Assembly: GCA_021785355.1 (NCBI GenBank)
Contig: JAJYFR010000004.1
Coordinates: 7,184 to 71,183 of the forward strand
Direction: 5' to 3'
Source: a bacterium
Lineage (GTDB): Bacteria > Patescibacteriota > Dojkabacteria > JAKAPS01 > JAJZLI01
DNA length: 64,000 nucleotides
Shown: in pieces, positions 1 through 9,771 of the stretch
Layout of the letters: every line of letters begins with the position of its first letter
How positions within the stretch are numbered: the stretch's first letter is position 1
Program-made: the position numbers and the translations under genes
Notes under the pieces: model-generated
Databases searched by the model: none
What the model was told of the DNA's origin: nothing
What the model saw: the letters and a program-made list of their open reading frames with translations, nothing else

Positions 1-3000
1 ACAGCAGCTACAACACTAGATCCTACAGATAAAGCTATAGAAGAGATAGCCATCCCTCCAAAAATACTTGTCATGGCACTATTTAAAAAAGCCATTCCAC
101 CTTTTTCACCTAATAAAGCTTCCCAAAAACTTGGAGAAGTTATACTTGTATCTAACTGTAATATAAAGAAAGGTTCCATCACTTTACTCCCTAAAAACTC
201 ACCTGCTTTTCCAAATGTATCTGCTATAAAAGATTTTTCTGAGACTCTTTTAAATATAGCCCAGCCTATTCCTCCTGTTGCACCTATAGCTATTCCTGCT
301 ACAGGCCCTAAAAAATATCCAGAAACTACAGCAAGCAGAATTGCAGGATTCATACTTTCTCCTAAAAATTTAGTTGCAGTACCTACACCTACTTTTCCTA
401 ATGCTGTATCTATTATTAAAAATTTAGGATCTATATTTTCTAAATAAGATAATCCCCATTTAAAACTAGTATACCCTAATGTCACTGCTGCAAAAGCAGG
501 TAAAGTTGTTGCTCCAAAAGCTACAGAAAGTAAAGTTCCTCCAAACAAACCACTATTAAAAGCTTTCATTAAATCTTCTGTGCTTAGTTTTGTAATAAGG
601 GAAGTAGATCTCATACTAGCAGCTACTTTTCCTACAGAACCAAGACCTGATTCTTGAATTGTTCTAAAAGCTTCTTTTCCTAACTCTAATTTAGGAATAC
701 TACTAGATATAATATTAGGATCCTTCAAAAGATCTAAACTGTCTACAAATCTTGTTCCAGGGGTTAGGGTTATTCCTTCAAATATTTTGTCAGGAGAAAT
801 ATCTGTTAAGCTTAAATTCTTTATATAATCAGAATTTTTAGCCATATCTACAATCTCTTGATCTGAGAAACCTATTTTTTTAGCAGCTTCTACAAAATCA
901 GAATACTTCATTTCTTCTATATTAATTCCTCTACCTTTAAAAAAGTCTTTAACGGAAGTATCTGTTACTACAGAGAAACGATTTGATATTATTTCTTTTG
1001 ATATTATTTTTTTTGCTGCCCCTTCATCTATAAATCTAATTGCTCTTGGATCTTTTATGATATCTGCAGTTCTCCTCATTGCATCTATTTGAGTATTTAC
1101 TGTCTTAATTCTTAATCTACTATTATCTAGGTTAATTTTAGATTTTTCTATTTTTTTTAGATCTTCTTCTTGTAAACCTGAGGTTTTGATTATGTGCTCT
1201 CTTGCCACCTTATCAATAAAACCTGAAGCATCTCCATGTATAGCTTTATCCCAAAGAGCACCCACATTAGTATCTTTACTTAAAGTATCTACTAATCCAC
1301 TATCTAAACTTCTTCCTGAAATATCTTTTAAGTTTTTTAGATTCTCTTCCAAATTTTTACTTATATCTACTTCATTTACATTTGCAAAAATAGTCCTTGG
1401 GGCAAGGGGGTCATATCTATATAAAAGATCCTGTCTTGAATAAAAATCTGCTCTTCTATATTCATCAAACATTTTTTGAACATGAGCTATATCAGGTTTT
1501 ATTTTATCTCCTTCTAAATACTTAACAAGATCCATTCTATCTATCTCCTCAGCGGGTATCCCAAGTTTTACTAACTCTTCTTTTAAACTAACTTTTCCTA
1601 AATTTTTCCACTCATTAAAAGGAACATTTTTTAATCTTAAATCTTTTATATCTTTTAAAGGTTCTAATTTAGGATCTTCTTTTACTATAAAACTAGAAGC
1701 TCTTTTTTCATAAATATTTATAGCTAATGACATTCCTCCTGTAACTACTCCCACTAATAACCCTAATGGTCCACCGACTAGTCCTACCCCTATTAAAGCT
1801 CCTCCTCCTGCAAAACCTAATCCAGTATGTAGAGCATCATACAAAGATATATCTGAAATACTATGCAAAACAGAATCTTCAAATAAAGATGCTTTTATAA
1901 AATCTGCTACTGAACCTGTTATTAAACCTGCACCAAAGACAACTAATCCTATAAAAGGATTTGAGATGAAAAATAAGGAAACTATTCCCGATACTCCTCC
2001 AAATTGAAAAAGATACTCTGATTTAAATAAAGAAATTCTAAATTCACTTGCACCTATTGCAGATAATTCTTCATAACTACCCGCAAGTCTTCCTACTACT
2101 AAATAGTCTATAGCTTTTATAGCAGATGTTCCTATAAAAATACCTGCAAATATTAAAGGGGCATTAGCTATTCCCAAGAAAGCAGCAATACCTGCACCTA
2201 AAATACCTGTTGAAAATCCAAAAGTTGTAGATTTAAAAACAACTTCAGTAGTACTCAAAGACCTCTCAATCATTGAAGAGTTTATTCTTTCTATAAGATT
2301 AGCAGTTAATGGATTTTGCTCTGAAAAAAAAGAGGTGAAATCTACTAAAAATTTTGATGTAAAATATGCACCTCCTACAACAGCACCTAGTAAAGGATTA
2401 GAAAGTATAATGCCTGTTATTAAACCTGGAATAAGAGCCTCTACTCCATCCTTTAAAATAAGCTTCCCTACTCCCAAGGCAAATTTAAAACTATCTATGG
2501 ATATAAATACTTTTTCTGTAAGACCTCCACTTACATTTCTTAGTATAGAATATGCAAATTCTCCATCTCCCACATTTTTTGCAACATATAAAAGAGCTTT
2601 ATCTACAAAATATCTCCCCACAAATACAACAGCAGCAGGGAGTGCTTCTATAAAATCTATGAATTTTAAAAGATTCCTCTTTTTAACCTTCTTATCTCTA
2701 CGTGTTACTAAATTTGGATTTTTTTTATCCTTTCCTTTTTGTAATCCTATTTGAAATGGTTTAAAGTTTATTTTTAAAACTCTTTTATTTGTAGTTGTAA
2801 AAACTTCTCCAAACTTATCCTCCCATTGTTTAAAATCTAATGCTCCTAAAGTTGAAAATGAGAATTTTTTAGATTTTTCAGGATATAATAACCTATTAGT
2901 ATGTCTAAGTCCTGTTGCTGTAGGAGAATATTTATCTCTAGTTAAACCTTGGTTTTTAGGAGATGCAAGAGTATTTATTGTTCCTAAATAATCTCTAGTG

Positions 3001-3803
3001 TTCTGATCTATAATACTCCTTAGGGCAGGATTTTTTGTCCTTGCAATCCCTGCTGACCACAGATTTCTATCCCTAGTAGCTACAAAATATTTTTCCCATT
3101 CAGAAATAGCTTTCCAACTAGAAGGCATTGAGAATATACTGGACTTTCTTTTATACCTGCCTTTTTTATTAGATAATATAAAATTAAAAAGCTCTTGTCT
3201 TTTAAATTTACCATCATCCATTGGAGGAGGCATATATGCCTCTCCTTTAGCATCTTCTAATATAGCTATTCTATTATCAACTATGACTGGACGTAATTTT
3301 TCGTCTAGCTGATACATGTAACCATGGGTATATAGAGATTCTAATTGACTCCTTATAGCATTTGCATAAATAGGTTTTCTTAATTCTTTTTTTAAACCAT
3401 CTATTCCAAATATATATTTAGGAGCACCTTTTCCTTTAAAAGCTTGAGGGTAGAAATGTTTAGATATAGCAGGAGCGAGAGCCTTTGCTAAAAGATCAGC
3501 TTCTCTTTCTTTAAAATTGGACTTATATGGCTTATAACTAGCTTTTTTAAATTCTTCTTTTAAATTTTGAGATACGGTTAGTTTTATATATGTTTTTACA
3601 TAAGATTCTTTTACTAACCTTGATAAAACATTGTCCTTGTCAGGAGATAAGCCATCAGGAAGATCTCCTCCTGTATAACCTGAATAGGGGGAAGTAAGTT
3701 TATCTAAACTTAAACCTTTAGACCTTAAATCCCTTTCTAGGTCACTTAATTCGTAATACTCATTTGTATATACACTTATTATTTTCTTTTTTAATTCATC
3801 CAT
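1..3803 (-). CDS. Giant (>1267 aa, 3'-truncated by window edge) Gly/Ala-rich multi-hairpin membrane protein of unknown function; absent from the ORF track
   Basis: ATG at 3803-3801 overlaps the upstream stop and reads MDELKKKIISVYTNEYYELSDLERDLRSKG. The same frame was open in every block I translated down to base 1 (e.g. ALIGVGLVGGPLGLLVGVV at ~1800-1741; GGMAISSIALSVGSSVVAA at 59-3). The + strand ORFs here are antisense shadows. Confidence 0.9.
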   Translation of the reverse strand, partial: MDELKKKIISVYTNEYYELSDLERDLRSKGLSLDKLTSPYSGYTGGDLPDGLSPDKDNVLSRLVKESYVKTYIKLTVSQNLKEEFKKASYKPYKSNFKEREADLLAKALAPAISKHFYPQAFKGKGAPKYIFGIDGLKKELRKPIYANAIRSQLESLYTHGYMYQLDEKLRPVIVDNRIAILEDAKGEAYMPPPMDDGKFKRQELFNFILSNKKGRYKRKSSIFSMPSSWKAISEWEKYFVATRDRNLWSAGIARTKNPALRSIIDQNTRDYLGTINTLASPKNQGLTRDKYSPTATGLRHTNRLLYPEKSKKFSFSTLGALDFKQWEDKFGEVFTTTNKRVLKINFKPFQIGLQKGKDKKNPNLVTRRDKKVKKRNLLKFIDFIEALPAAVVFVGRYFVDKALLYVAKNVGDGEFAYSILRNVSGGLTEKVFISIDSFKFALGVGKLILKDGVEALIPGLITGIILSNPLLGAVVGGAYFTSKFLVDFTSFFSEQNPLTANLIERINSSMIERSLSTTEVVFKSTTFGFSTGILGAGIAAFLGIANAPLIFAGIFIGTSAIKAIDYLVVGRLAGSYEELSAIGASEFRISLFKSEYLFQFGGVSGIVSLFFISNPFIGLVVFGAGLITGSVADFIKASLFEDSVLHSISDISLYDALHTGLGFAGGGALIGVGLVGGPLGLLVGVVTGGMSLAINIYEKRASSFIVKEDPKLEPLKDIKDLRLKNVPFNEWKNLGKVSLKEELVKLGIPAEEIDRMDLVKYLEGDKIKPDIAHVQKMFDEYRRADFYSRQDLLYRYDPLAPRTIFANVNEVDISKNLEENLKNLKDISGRSLDSGLVDTLSKDTNVGALWDKAIHGDASGFIDKVAREHIIKTSGLQEEDLKKIEKSKINLDNSRLRIKTVNTQIDAMRRTADIIKDPRAIRFIDEGAAKKIISKEIISNRFSVVTDTSVKDFFKGRGINIEEMKYSDFVEAAKKIGFSDQEIVDMAKNSDYIKNLSLTDISPDKIFEGITLTPGTRFVDSLDLLKDPNIISSSIPKLELGKEAFRTIQESGLGSVGKVAASMRSTSLITKLSTEDLMKAFNSGLFGGTLLSVAFGATTLPAFAAVTLGYTSFKWGLSYLENIDPKFLIIDTALGKVGVGTATKFLGESMNPAILLAVVSGYFLGPVAGIAIGATGGIGWAIFKRVSEKSFIADTFGKAGEFLGSKVMEPFFILQLDTSITSPSFWEALLGEKGGMAFLNSAMTSIFGGMAISSIALSVGSSVVAA

Positions 3804-4503
3804 TTATATAATTGTATACATTTTCATAAATAGTTTGATTAGAATAGAATAAAGATAGATCCTCCTCTCTAAACAAACCTTTTTCTATCACATTAAACAT
3901 TTTAAAAACATTACTTTCTTCTTGTAAATTATAAAAAAAACTAGAAGCTCCTTCAAAGTTAAAAAAATCCCTTATCTTATTAAGAATAACTATATCTTTT
4001 ATATATTTAAATCCTGAAAGACCTTTATATCTATCCAGGTACAAGAAATTCTCATCTTTTGTAATATTAGGAATATATGATATATCTAAAAAATTATCTT
4101 TAGACAAATTTGCATCTGTTTCTATAGAAATAGGAATATTTTGTGTATTATATATATTTTTACTTAGAATAAGCTTCTCTCCTTCTTCAGAAAGAAATAG
4201 GTCTAAAAAATCTTTATCAAAAAATTCATAGAGAAAAGAATAGTTATAACTTTCTTTATTTTCTCTTAACACAATATCTTCTATTGCACCGTATAGATAA
4301 TCATATAAAGGTTCATTTATATCATCAAAAGATAAAATGAAGTCTTCTTTTTTTAAAGAAAATAGAGAATTAAAAGAATCTATATCGCCAAAAGCTTTTA
4401 TAAACTCTGAAAAAAGATAAAAGTTATATCCAAAATTTTTGTTATAGAAATCTCTTAATATCATCTCTAGGATCCTAATGATTTTCTTGCATTTCCAGTC
4501 CAT
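3796..4503 (-). CDS. Hypothetical protein (acidic, F/Y-rich)
   Basis: 235-aa ORF overlapping both neighbours in an apparent operon; no recognisable motif. Confidence 0.75.
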   Translation of the reverse strand: MDWKCKKIIRILEMILRDFYNKNFGYNFYLFSEFIKAFGDIDSFNSLFSLKKEDFILSFDDINEPLYDYLYGAIEDIVLRENKESYNYSFLYEFFDKDFLDLFLSEEGEKLILSKNIYNTQNIPISIETDANLSKDNFLDISYIPNITKDENFLYLDRYKGLSGFKYIKDIVILNKIRDFFNFEGASSFFYNLQEESNVFKMFNVIEKGLFREEDLSLFYSNQTIYENVYNYING

Positions 4504-6020
4504 TTTCTTAAACTCGAATATGGCTGAGCAAAACCTCTCTTTAGTTCTGTTGCATAAGAAGAGAAATCATAACCCAATGCCTTAGTAGCATCTGCAATTA
4601 TCTTTGGTATCATTACAAAAAGTGCTATTGATATCAAAAGTCCTATTGTGTTTCCTTGTTGGGAACTAAAAATTGAGCCTAAACCTAATAAAGGAAGTGT
4701 ATTTCCATTAGAAAGCCCCGTAATTGAATTTTGAAGATAATATATAAGGTTAAACATTGTATATGTCACGACATAAATAAGTATAGCTTTTGACATACCT
4801 TTAAAAAAACTCCAAGTAGCTTTACTTTGTCCAGGAACAGAACCTAGAAGAAACATGAAAGGTGCAGCTATTGGTAGAAAAAGAAAAATAAGATATCCTT
4901 TTAAAAGTTGTATTATTATTTTAAACACAGTAAATAAAAGTATAACTGCAACTATAAAAACTATAATGCTGTCAGCTGCACCACCATTATGAATAATTCC
5001 TCCTATAGCTGAAAAAATATAGTGTACCCCCCCTGTTCCATCTGGCAAATTATTTATAACAGAACCTGTCCCTTGTAAAGCAGTCTTCATGTTATTTCCT
5101 GTAACTGCCCCATAAACACTAAAAATATAACTTCTAGAGGAAAATGCAGTTGGAAAATTAAAACTACCCGTGTTAAGAGATGTAAATATAGAATAGATTA
5201 ACCCTAGTAATATATTCATCAAATCTATCATAAAACCTCCTATAGCATAACTAAAAGTTATAAGAACAATAGCGGCCATTATATTAGGGAGTGCACTCAT
5301 AAATGTTATAGGAACCTGTCCTCCTACTTTCCCTCCTACAATTATCATTATTCCTGTAAAAAGAATTATAAGTATTAGAAGTAAATAAGATATGTTTCTA
5401 GATACTGTCCAAATATTATAAACAGGTGATAGAAAAGAAAACCCATAAACTGGACCTGACAGTTGAGATGCTGCATAAGTAGAACTTGTTAAACCTGATC
5501 TTTTATATAAATAAGCAAAATACCCAACTCCACTTTCAGGTTGAGTTGTATACATTGAACTTACTAAAGAATTCGCTTCACCAAAGGCCCCATAACCTCC
5601 TGTATAGTTGTATCCTGTAGTACTAGAACTACTAGCTTGTGTATAGTTTCCTAAGATAGCTATAGCACCCGATTGAAATAGTGAAGGAGTAAATCCACAT
5701 GACTCCCAAACTGAAAGTCCTGATCCATTAACAGGTGCACATTGATTTAGGGTCGTTTGCTGAGAACTAGTAGTTGTTTGCGCAAACATTTGTCCTGCAA
5801 AAAGAACTCCTAAGATTACTAAAAAAATAGGAATACTTTTAATATTAATAGAACTTTTTTGTCTTAGATTAGAATGTGTGCTATTTTCTAATATTTCTAC
5901 AGCTTCTGTTTTATATAAAGAAAGTTTTTTAGATATTATTTTTGATTTTAGTAAAAATATAGAAAATTTAAGCTTTTTCTCTTTTAAAATATTCTTATAG
6001 TATTTGTTTATTTTATTCAT
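4467..6020 (-). CDS. VirB6/TrbL-like polytopic membrane protein (CPR T4SS-like family)
   Basis: Signal/TM segment and an extracellular S/T/G-rich region, then WTVSRNISYLLLILIILFTGIMII...LPNIMAAIVLITFSYAIGGFMIDL and FLPIAAPFMFLLGSVPG...W, the helix pattern of VirB6-like proteins. Confidence 0.65.
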   Translation of the reverse strand: MNKINKYYKNILKEKKLKFSIFLLKSKIISKKLSLYKTEAVEILENSTHSNLRQKSSINIKSIPIFLVILGVLFAGQMFAQTTTSSQQTTLNQCAPVNGSGLSVWESCGFTPSLFQSGAIAILGNYTQASSSSTTGYNYTGGYGAFGEANSLVSSMYTTQPESGVGYFAYLYKRSGLTSSTYAASQLSGPVYGFSFLSPVYNIWTVSRNISYLLLILIILFTGIMIIVGGKVGGQVPITFMSALPNIMAAIVLITFSYAIGGFMIDLMNILLGLIYSIFTSLNTGSFNFPTAFSSRSYIFSVYGAVTGNNMKTALQGTGSVINNLPDGTGGVHYIFSAIGGIIHNGGAADSIIVFIVAVILLFTVFKIIIQLLKGYLIFLFLPIAAPFMFLLGSVPGQSKATWSFFKGMSKAILIYVVTYTMFNLIYYLQNSITGLSNGNTLPLLGLGSIFSSQQGNTIGLLISIALFVMIPKIIADATKALGYDFSSYATELKRGFAQPYSSLRKWTGNARKSLGS

Positions 6021-6071
6021 AAAAACTTGTCTTTGGGTTTAATATATTATTATAAACTAATTTTAAAATTT

Positions 6072-6731
6072 TTAAAGTAGATCTTTTCTGTTTTTATTAG
6101 TTTTTTTTAAACTTTCTTTGTATCTGTATTCTTCTATCTTTTTATGGTTACCTGATAAGAGAATTTTAGGTACTTTTTTCTCTAAAAAAACTTCAGGTCT
6201 TGTATATTGAGGGTATTCTAATAAATCATTTTCAAAAGATTCGCTCTCTAAAGAATCTTTATTTCCTAAGACTCCAGGAAGAAGTCTAGTTATTGAATCT
6301 ATTAAGCATAAAGTAGGAAAATCACCAGAAGATAGTACAAAATCACCTAAAGATATTTCTTCGTCTACGAAATTTAAGAATCTTTCATCAAAACCTTCAT
6401 ATTTACCTGAAAATATAGTTATATTTTTTTTTAAAGAGAGTTCTTTTGCTTTTTTTTGAGAATATTTTTTTCCTGAAGCACTAAGCATTATAGAATAAGT
6501 ATCTTCTTTTATTGAGCTTAAAGCTTTAAATAGTACATCTACTCTCAATACCATTCCAGCTCCACCTCCATATGGAGGTGAATCTAAAGAACCTCTTTTA
6601 TCAAAAGAAAAATCCCTTAGATTAAGATTATCTATCTGGATGATATTGTTTTTTATAGCATTTCCAATAATTCCAAACCCTTCTGCATTTAGAAGTAGCT
6701 CTGGATATAAAGAAAATGTGTTAAATTTCAT
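6072..6731 (-). CDS. trmD: tRNA (guanine-N1)-methyltransferase TrmD
   Basis: PYGGGAGMVL, GKYEGFDER, EISLGDFVLSSG, LLEYPQYTRP, LLSGNH motifs. Confidence 0.97.
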   Translation of the reverse strand: MKFNTFSLYPELLLNAEGFGIIGNAIKNNIIQIDNLNLRDFSFDKRGSLDSPPYGGGAGMVLRVDVLFKALSSIKEDTYSIMLSASGKKYSQKKAKELSLKKNITIFSGKYEGFDERFLNFVDEEISLGDFVLSSGDFPTLCLIDSITRLLPGVLGNKDSLESESFENDLLEYPQYTRPEVFLEKKVPKILLSGNHKKIEEYRYKESLKKTNKNRKDLL

Positions 6732-7055
6732 TTATATCAAACTTTCTATTTGTTTTACAAATTCCTCTTTTGGTCTAACACCTATAAGTCTTGACACTTC
6801 TTTTCCTTCTTTAAAAAACACAATATTAGGAATGCTCATAATGTTATATTGAGAAGCAATATCTGTACTAGCATCTACATCTAACTTACATACTTTAACT
6901 TTATCTTTAAACTCTTCTGATAATTCTTCTATTATAGGAGAAATCATATGACAAGGCATACACCAATCTGCCCAAAAATCCACTATAACTAACTTTTCTT
7001 TTTCATCTAAAACTTCACTTTTAAATGTTTGAGAATCTAATACTGTATGAGCCAT
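6732..7055 (-). CDS. trxA: Thioredoxin
   Basis: VDFWADWCMPC active site, IMSIP cis-Pro motif. Confidence 0.95.
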   Translation of the reverse strand: MAHTVLDSQTFKSEVLDEKEKLVIVDFWADWCMPCHMISPIIEELSEEFKDKVKVCKLDVDASTDIASQYNIMSIPNIVFFKEGKEVSRLIGVRPKEEFVKQIESLI

Positions 7056-7094
7056 AATTTTAAAAAATAAAATAATTATAATTTATTATAGCAT

Positions 7095-7128
7095 AAAAAA
7101 AGGTGGGTTTTTATGTCCACCTTCTTTT
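7095..7128 (-). terminator. Intrinsic terminator after major pilin
   Basis: Minus strand reads AAGGTGG-ACATAAAAAC-CCACCTT followed by a U-run. Confidence 0.75.
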
Positions 7129-7146
7129 ATTTAAACTTAACTAATA

Positions 7147-7713
7147 TTAGTTATACTCATAAGCTATTGGGTATCCTGTTGTATTAGTTGTTGCACCTTT
7201 TTGCATACCTGTTGCAAATACTAGAACTTTTGTTCCACTAGCATTTTCTGCTACGTAATAATTAACATTTCCTCCAACTCCTGGATTTGATGTTAAATAA
7301 TTTTTCATAGTAGGTACTGCTGTTTCGAATGCAGCTAAAGTTTCACAAGAATCTGCTCCTGATACTACTACAGTTGCAACTTGTGTAGGAAGTGTTCCTG
7401 TTGTTGTTGTTGCACAACTTGGGGTTCCTGTTGTATTGCCTTGTATATCATATCCATAAGCTGTTCCTGATGTAACAATTGCAGGTGATGTTAATTGAGG
7501 TAATGTAGGTAAAGCCCCTTTATTATCAACTGTGTATTGCTGTATAGATTTAAATATTTGTTGTATATTACTTGTCATTGTTGTATTGTTTGAGTCAGCA
7601 ATTCTTCCTACTGGATTTAATGCTACAAATACTACCAATGCTAAAATAGCAATAATAACGATTACAATCAAAATTTCTATTAAGGTAAAACCTTTATTAT
7701 TAAATTTTTTCAT
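7147..7713 (-). CDS. pilA: Type IV pilin, probable major pilin
   Basis: Prepilin site KG|FTLIEILIVIVIIAIL, a Cys pair, and its own promoter, strong SD and terminator. Confidence 0.85.
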   Translation of the reverse strand: MKKFNNKGFTLIEILIVIVIIAILALVVFVALNPVGRIADSNNTTMTSNIQQIFKSIQQYTVDNKGALPTLPQLTSPAIVTSGTAYGYDIQGNTTGTPSCATTTTGTLPTQVATVVVSGADSCETLAAFETAVPTMKNYLTSNPGVGGNVNYYVAENASGTKVLVFATGMQKGATTNTTGYPIAYEYN

Positions 7714-7719
7714 ATTATC

Positions 7720-7771
7720 TCACCTCCTTTTTGTATACATATAATTTATATTAGTGCACTTTTTTTGTCAA
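7720..7771 (-). promoter_or_regulatory. Sigma70-type promoter plus strong Shine-Dalgarno of the pilin gene
   Basis: Minus strand TTGACA (7771-7766)-N17-TAAATT (7748-7743); AAGGAGGTGA (7729-7720) lies 6 nt before ATG. Confidence 0.7.
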
Positions 7772-7775
7772 TAAA

Positions 7776-8306
7776 TCAAAAGTTATACTCTGAATATGCA
7801 ACAGAAAAACCTTTTTTATCTACACTTTTACCTTTACCTAAATCATTAGAAAAAACAACGACTTTTGTTCCATATATATTTTTAGCTACATAAAAGTCAC
7901 CTTGTGGAAGATTTTTGTTTAGATATTTTTGAATTTCAAAATATATTGGAGTATTCATAGATATATTTAAACACATATTTTCTTTTGCTCCTGCCTGTAT
8001 ACAGTTAGGTATTCCTTGTGTATTATTATTTATATTAAAACCTGATCCTATACCACTTGTTGAAATATTATTTAATATTAAAGGACTTGATATAGCAGGA
8101 ATTGAAGGAGGTAACATTCCGTGATTTTGAAGAGAATAATCTTCTATTGCTGTAAGAAGAGTCTCTACTCCATTTTCTCTTTGAGTATTATATGTATCAG
8201 AAACAGCTTTAACAGGATTAATTTCAAAAAAAACAATTAAAACAAATAGTGCTATTGTTATTAACAATATTAATATATCAGAAATATTAAGCTTTTTTAT
8301 TTTCAT
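7776..8306 (-). CDS. Pilin-like paralog of the adjacent pilin with degenerate prepilin cleavage site
   Basis: Shares INP, GxLP, GxPxC, YVAxNxxGTKVxVF and AYxEYN blocks with 7147..7713, but the N-terminus reads KKLNISDIL instead of KG|FTLIE. Confidence 0.8.
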   Translation of the reverse strand: MKIKKLNISDILILLITIALFVLIVFFEINPVKAVSDTYNTQRENGVETLLTAIEDYSLQNHGMLPPSIPAISSPLILNNISTSGIGSGFNINNNTQGIPNCIQAGAKENMCLNISMNTPIYFEIQKYLNKNLPQGDFYVAKNIYGTKVVVFSNDLGKGKSVDKKGFSVAYSEYNF

Positions 8307-8363
8307 AACTATATATTTAATATAGCATAACCTATATTTTTTTCAACTAAGTCTATTGTAAAG

Positions 8364-8372
8364 TTATCCACA
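8364..8372 (+). promoter_or_regulatory. Perfect DnaA box upstream of dnaA
   Basis: TTATCCACA 65 bp before the dnaA start. Confidence 0.85.
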
Positions 8373-8436
8373 ATCTGATATTCTCTTTATTTACTTACCT
8401 GCCCCTAAATATTTTTATATTTTTTATTAATATATT

Positions 8437-9771
8437 ATGCAAAATAATATCAATGCTATATGGAAGATAGCCTCTTCTCAAATAAAGATAAAAATTACAG
8501 ACAAAAACTTTAAGATATGGTTTGGTAAAGTTAAACTAGACAGTATTGATAAAAATATAGCAACAATATCTTCTCAAAACTCTTTTACATCAGATTATAT
8601 TCAAAAAAATTATTTTAATATAACAAAAAATGCACTAAAAGATGCATATGGAGAAGATTTAGATATTGTTTTTAAAACAAGACAAGAAGATATAAAAATA
8701 GAAGATGAGCCTATCTTTTATAGTAATGAAAGTATAAAAAATGACATTAATTCAAACCTAAATCCTAAATATACATTAGATAGTTTTATTGTAGGTTCAT
8801 CTAATAGATTAGCTCATGCTGCTTCACTTGCTATAGTTGATTCTCCTGGTATTTTATATAATCCTTTTTTTATTTATGGAGGAGTTGGTTTAGGAAAAAC
8901 ACATTTAATGCAAGCTATAGGAAATGAGTTGATAAAAAGAAATCCTGATATTAAAATTTCTTATATGAGTAGTGAAACTCTCTTAAATGATTTTATAAAC
9001 TCAATAGTTAAAGGTAAAAATGAGAATTTTAGAAAAAAATATAGAGAAAATGATATTTTAATAATAGATGATATACAGTTTATTTCTGGCAAAAAAGGTA
9101 TACAAGAAGAATTTTTTCACACATTCAATACTTTACAGCAATCTAATAAGCAAATCATATTAGCTTCAGATAGACATCCTAAAGATATTGAAAATTTAGA
9201 AGAAAGGTTAGTTTCTAGATTTGAAGGAGGAATGGTTGCAGATATATCTAATCCTGATGAAGAAATGAGGATAGCTATTTTAAGAAAAAAATGTGAAGAA
9301 AAAAACTTAGTATTAGAAGAAGATATCATAAATATGATAGCTGAAAATATAAAATCTAATATTAGAGAGTTAGAGGGTGTTCTTACTAAAATAATAGCAA
9401 CAGAAAAAGTTTTAAATAAAAAATTAAATAAAGATGAAATATCTAATTTAATAGGGATAAATATTAAAAGAAGAAGTAAAATTTTAAAACCTAAAGATAT
9501 AATAATTAATGTTTGTGAACAATTTGGAATATCTCAAAGAGAAATAATAGGAGATAGAAGAACTAATAGAATTGCTCTTCCAAGACAGATAGCAATGTAT
9601 ATATTAAGAAAAGACCTAAATTTACCTTTAGTTGAAGTGGCAAATATCCTTAAGAGAAAAGATCATACTACAGTTTTGCATGCTGTGGATAAAATAGAGG
9701 ATTTAATAGATAATGATGTTTATTTAAAAGATAAAATAAGTAGTATACGTAGCTCTTTACAGCGATATTAG
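8437..9771 (+). CDS. dnaA: Chromosomal replication initiator DnaA
   Basis: LNPKYTLDSFIVGSSN, YGGVGLGKTHL, IIDDIQF, QEEFFHTFN, NIRELEG, RKDHTTVLHA. Confidence 0.99.
   Translation: MQNNINAIWKIASSQIKIKITDKNFKIWFGKVKLDSIDKNIATISSQNSFTSDYIQKNYFNITKNALKDAYGEDLDIVFKTRQEDIKIEDEPIFYSNESIKNDINSNLNPKYTLDSFIVGSSNRLAHAASLAIVDSPGILYNPFFIYGGVGLGKTHLMQAIGNELIKRNPDIKISYMSSETLLNDFINSIVKGKNENFRKKYRENDILIIDDIQFISGKKGIQEEFFHTFNTLQQSNKQIILASDRHPKDIENLEERLVSRFEGGMVADISNPDEEMRIAILRKKCEEKNLVLEEDIINMIAENIKSNIRELEGVLTKIIATEKVLNKKLNKDEISNLIGINIKRRSKILKPKDIIINVCEQFGISQREIIGDRRTNRIALPRQIAMYILRKDLNLPLVEVANILKRKDHTTVLHAVDKIEDLIDNDVYLKDKISSIRSSLQRY

Noticed and set aside
73-2754. + strand ORFs 73..447, 1186..1443 and 2335..2754
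   Set aside because: Antisense shadows of the giant minus-strand ORF (1..3803), with no protein-like motifs
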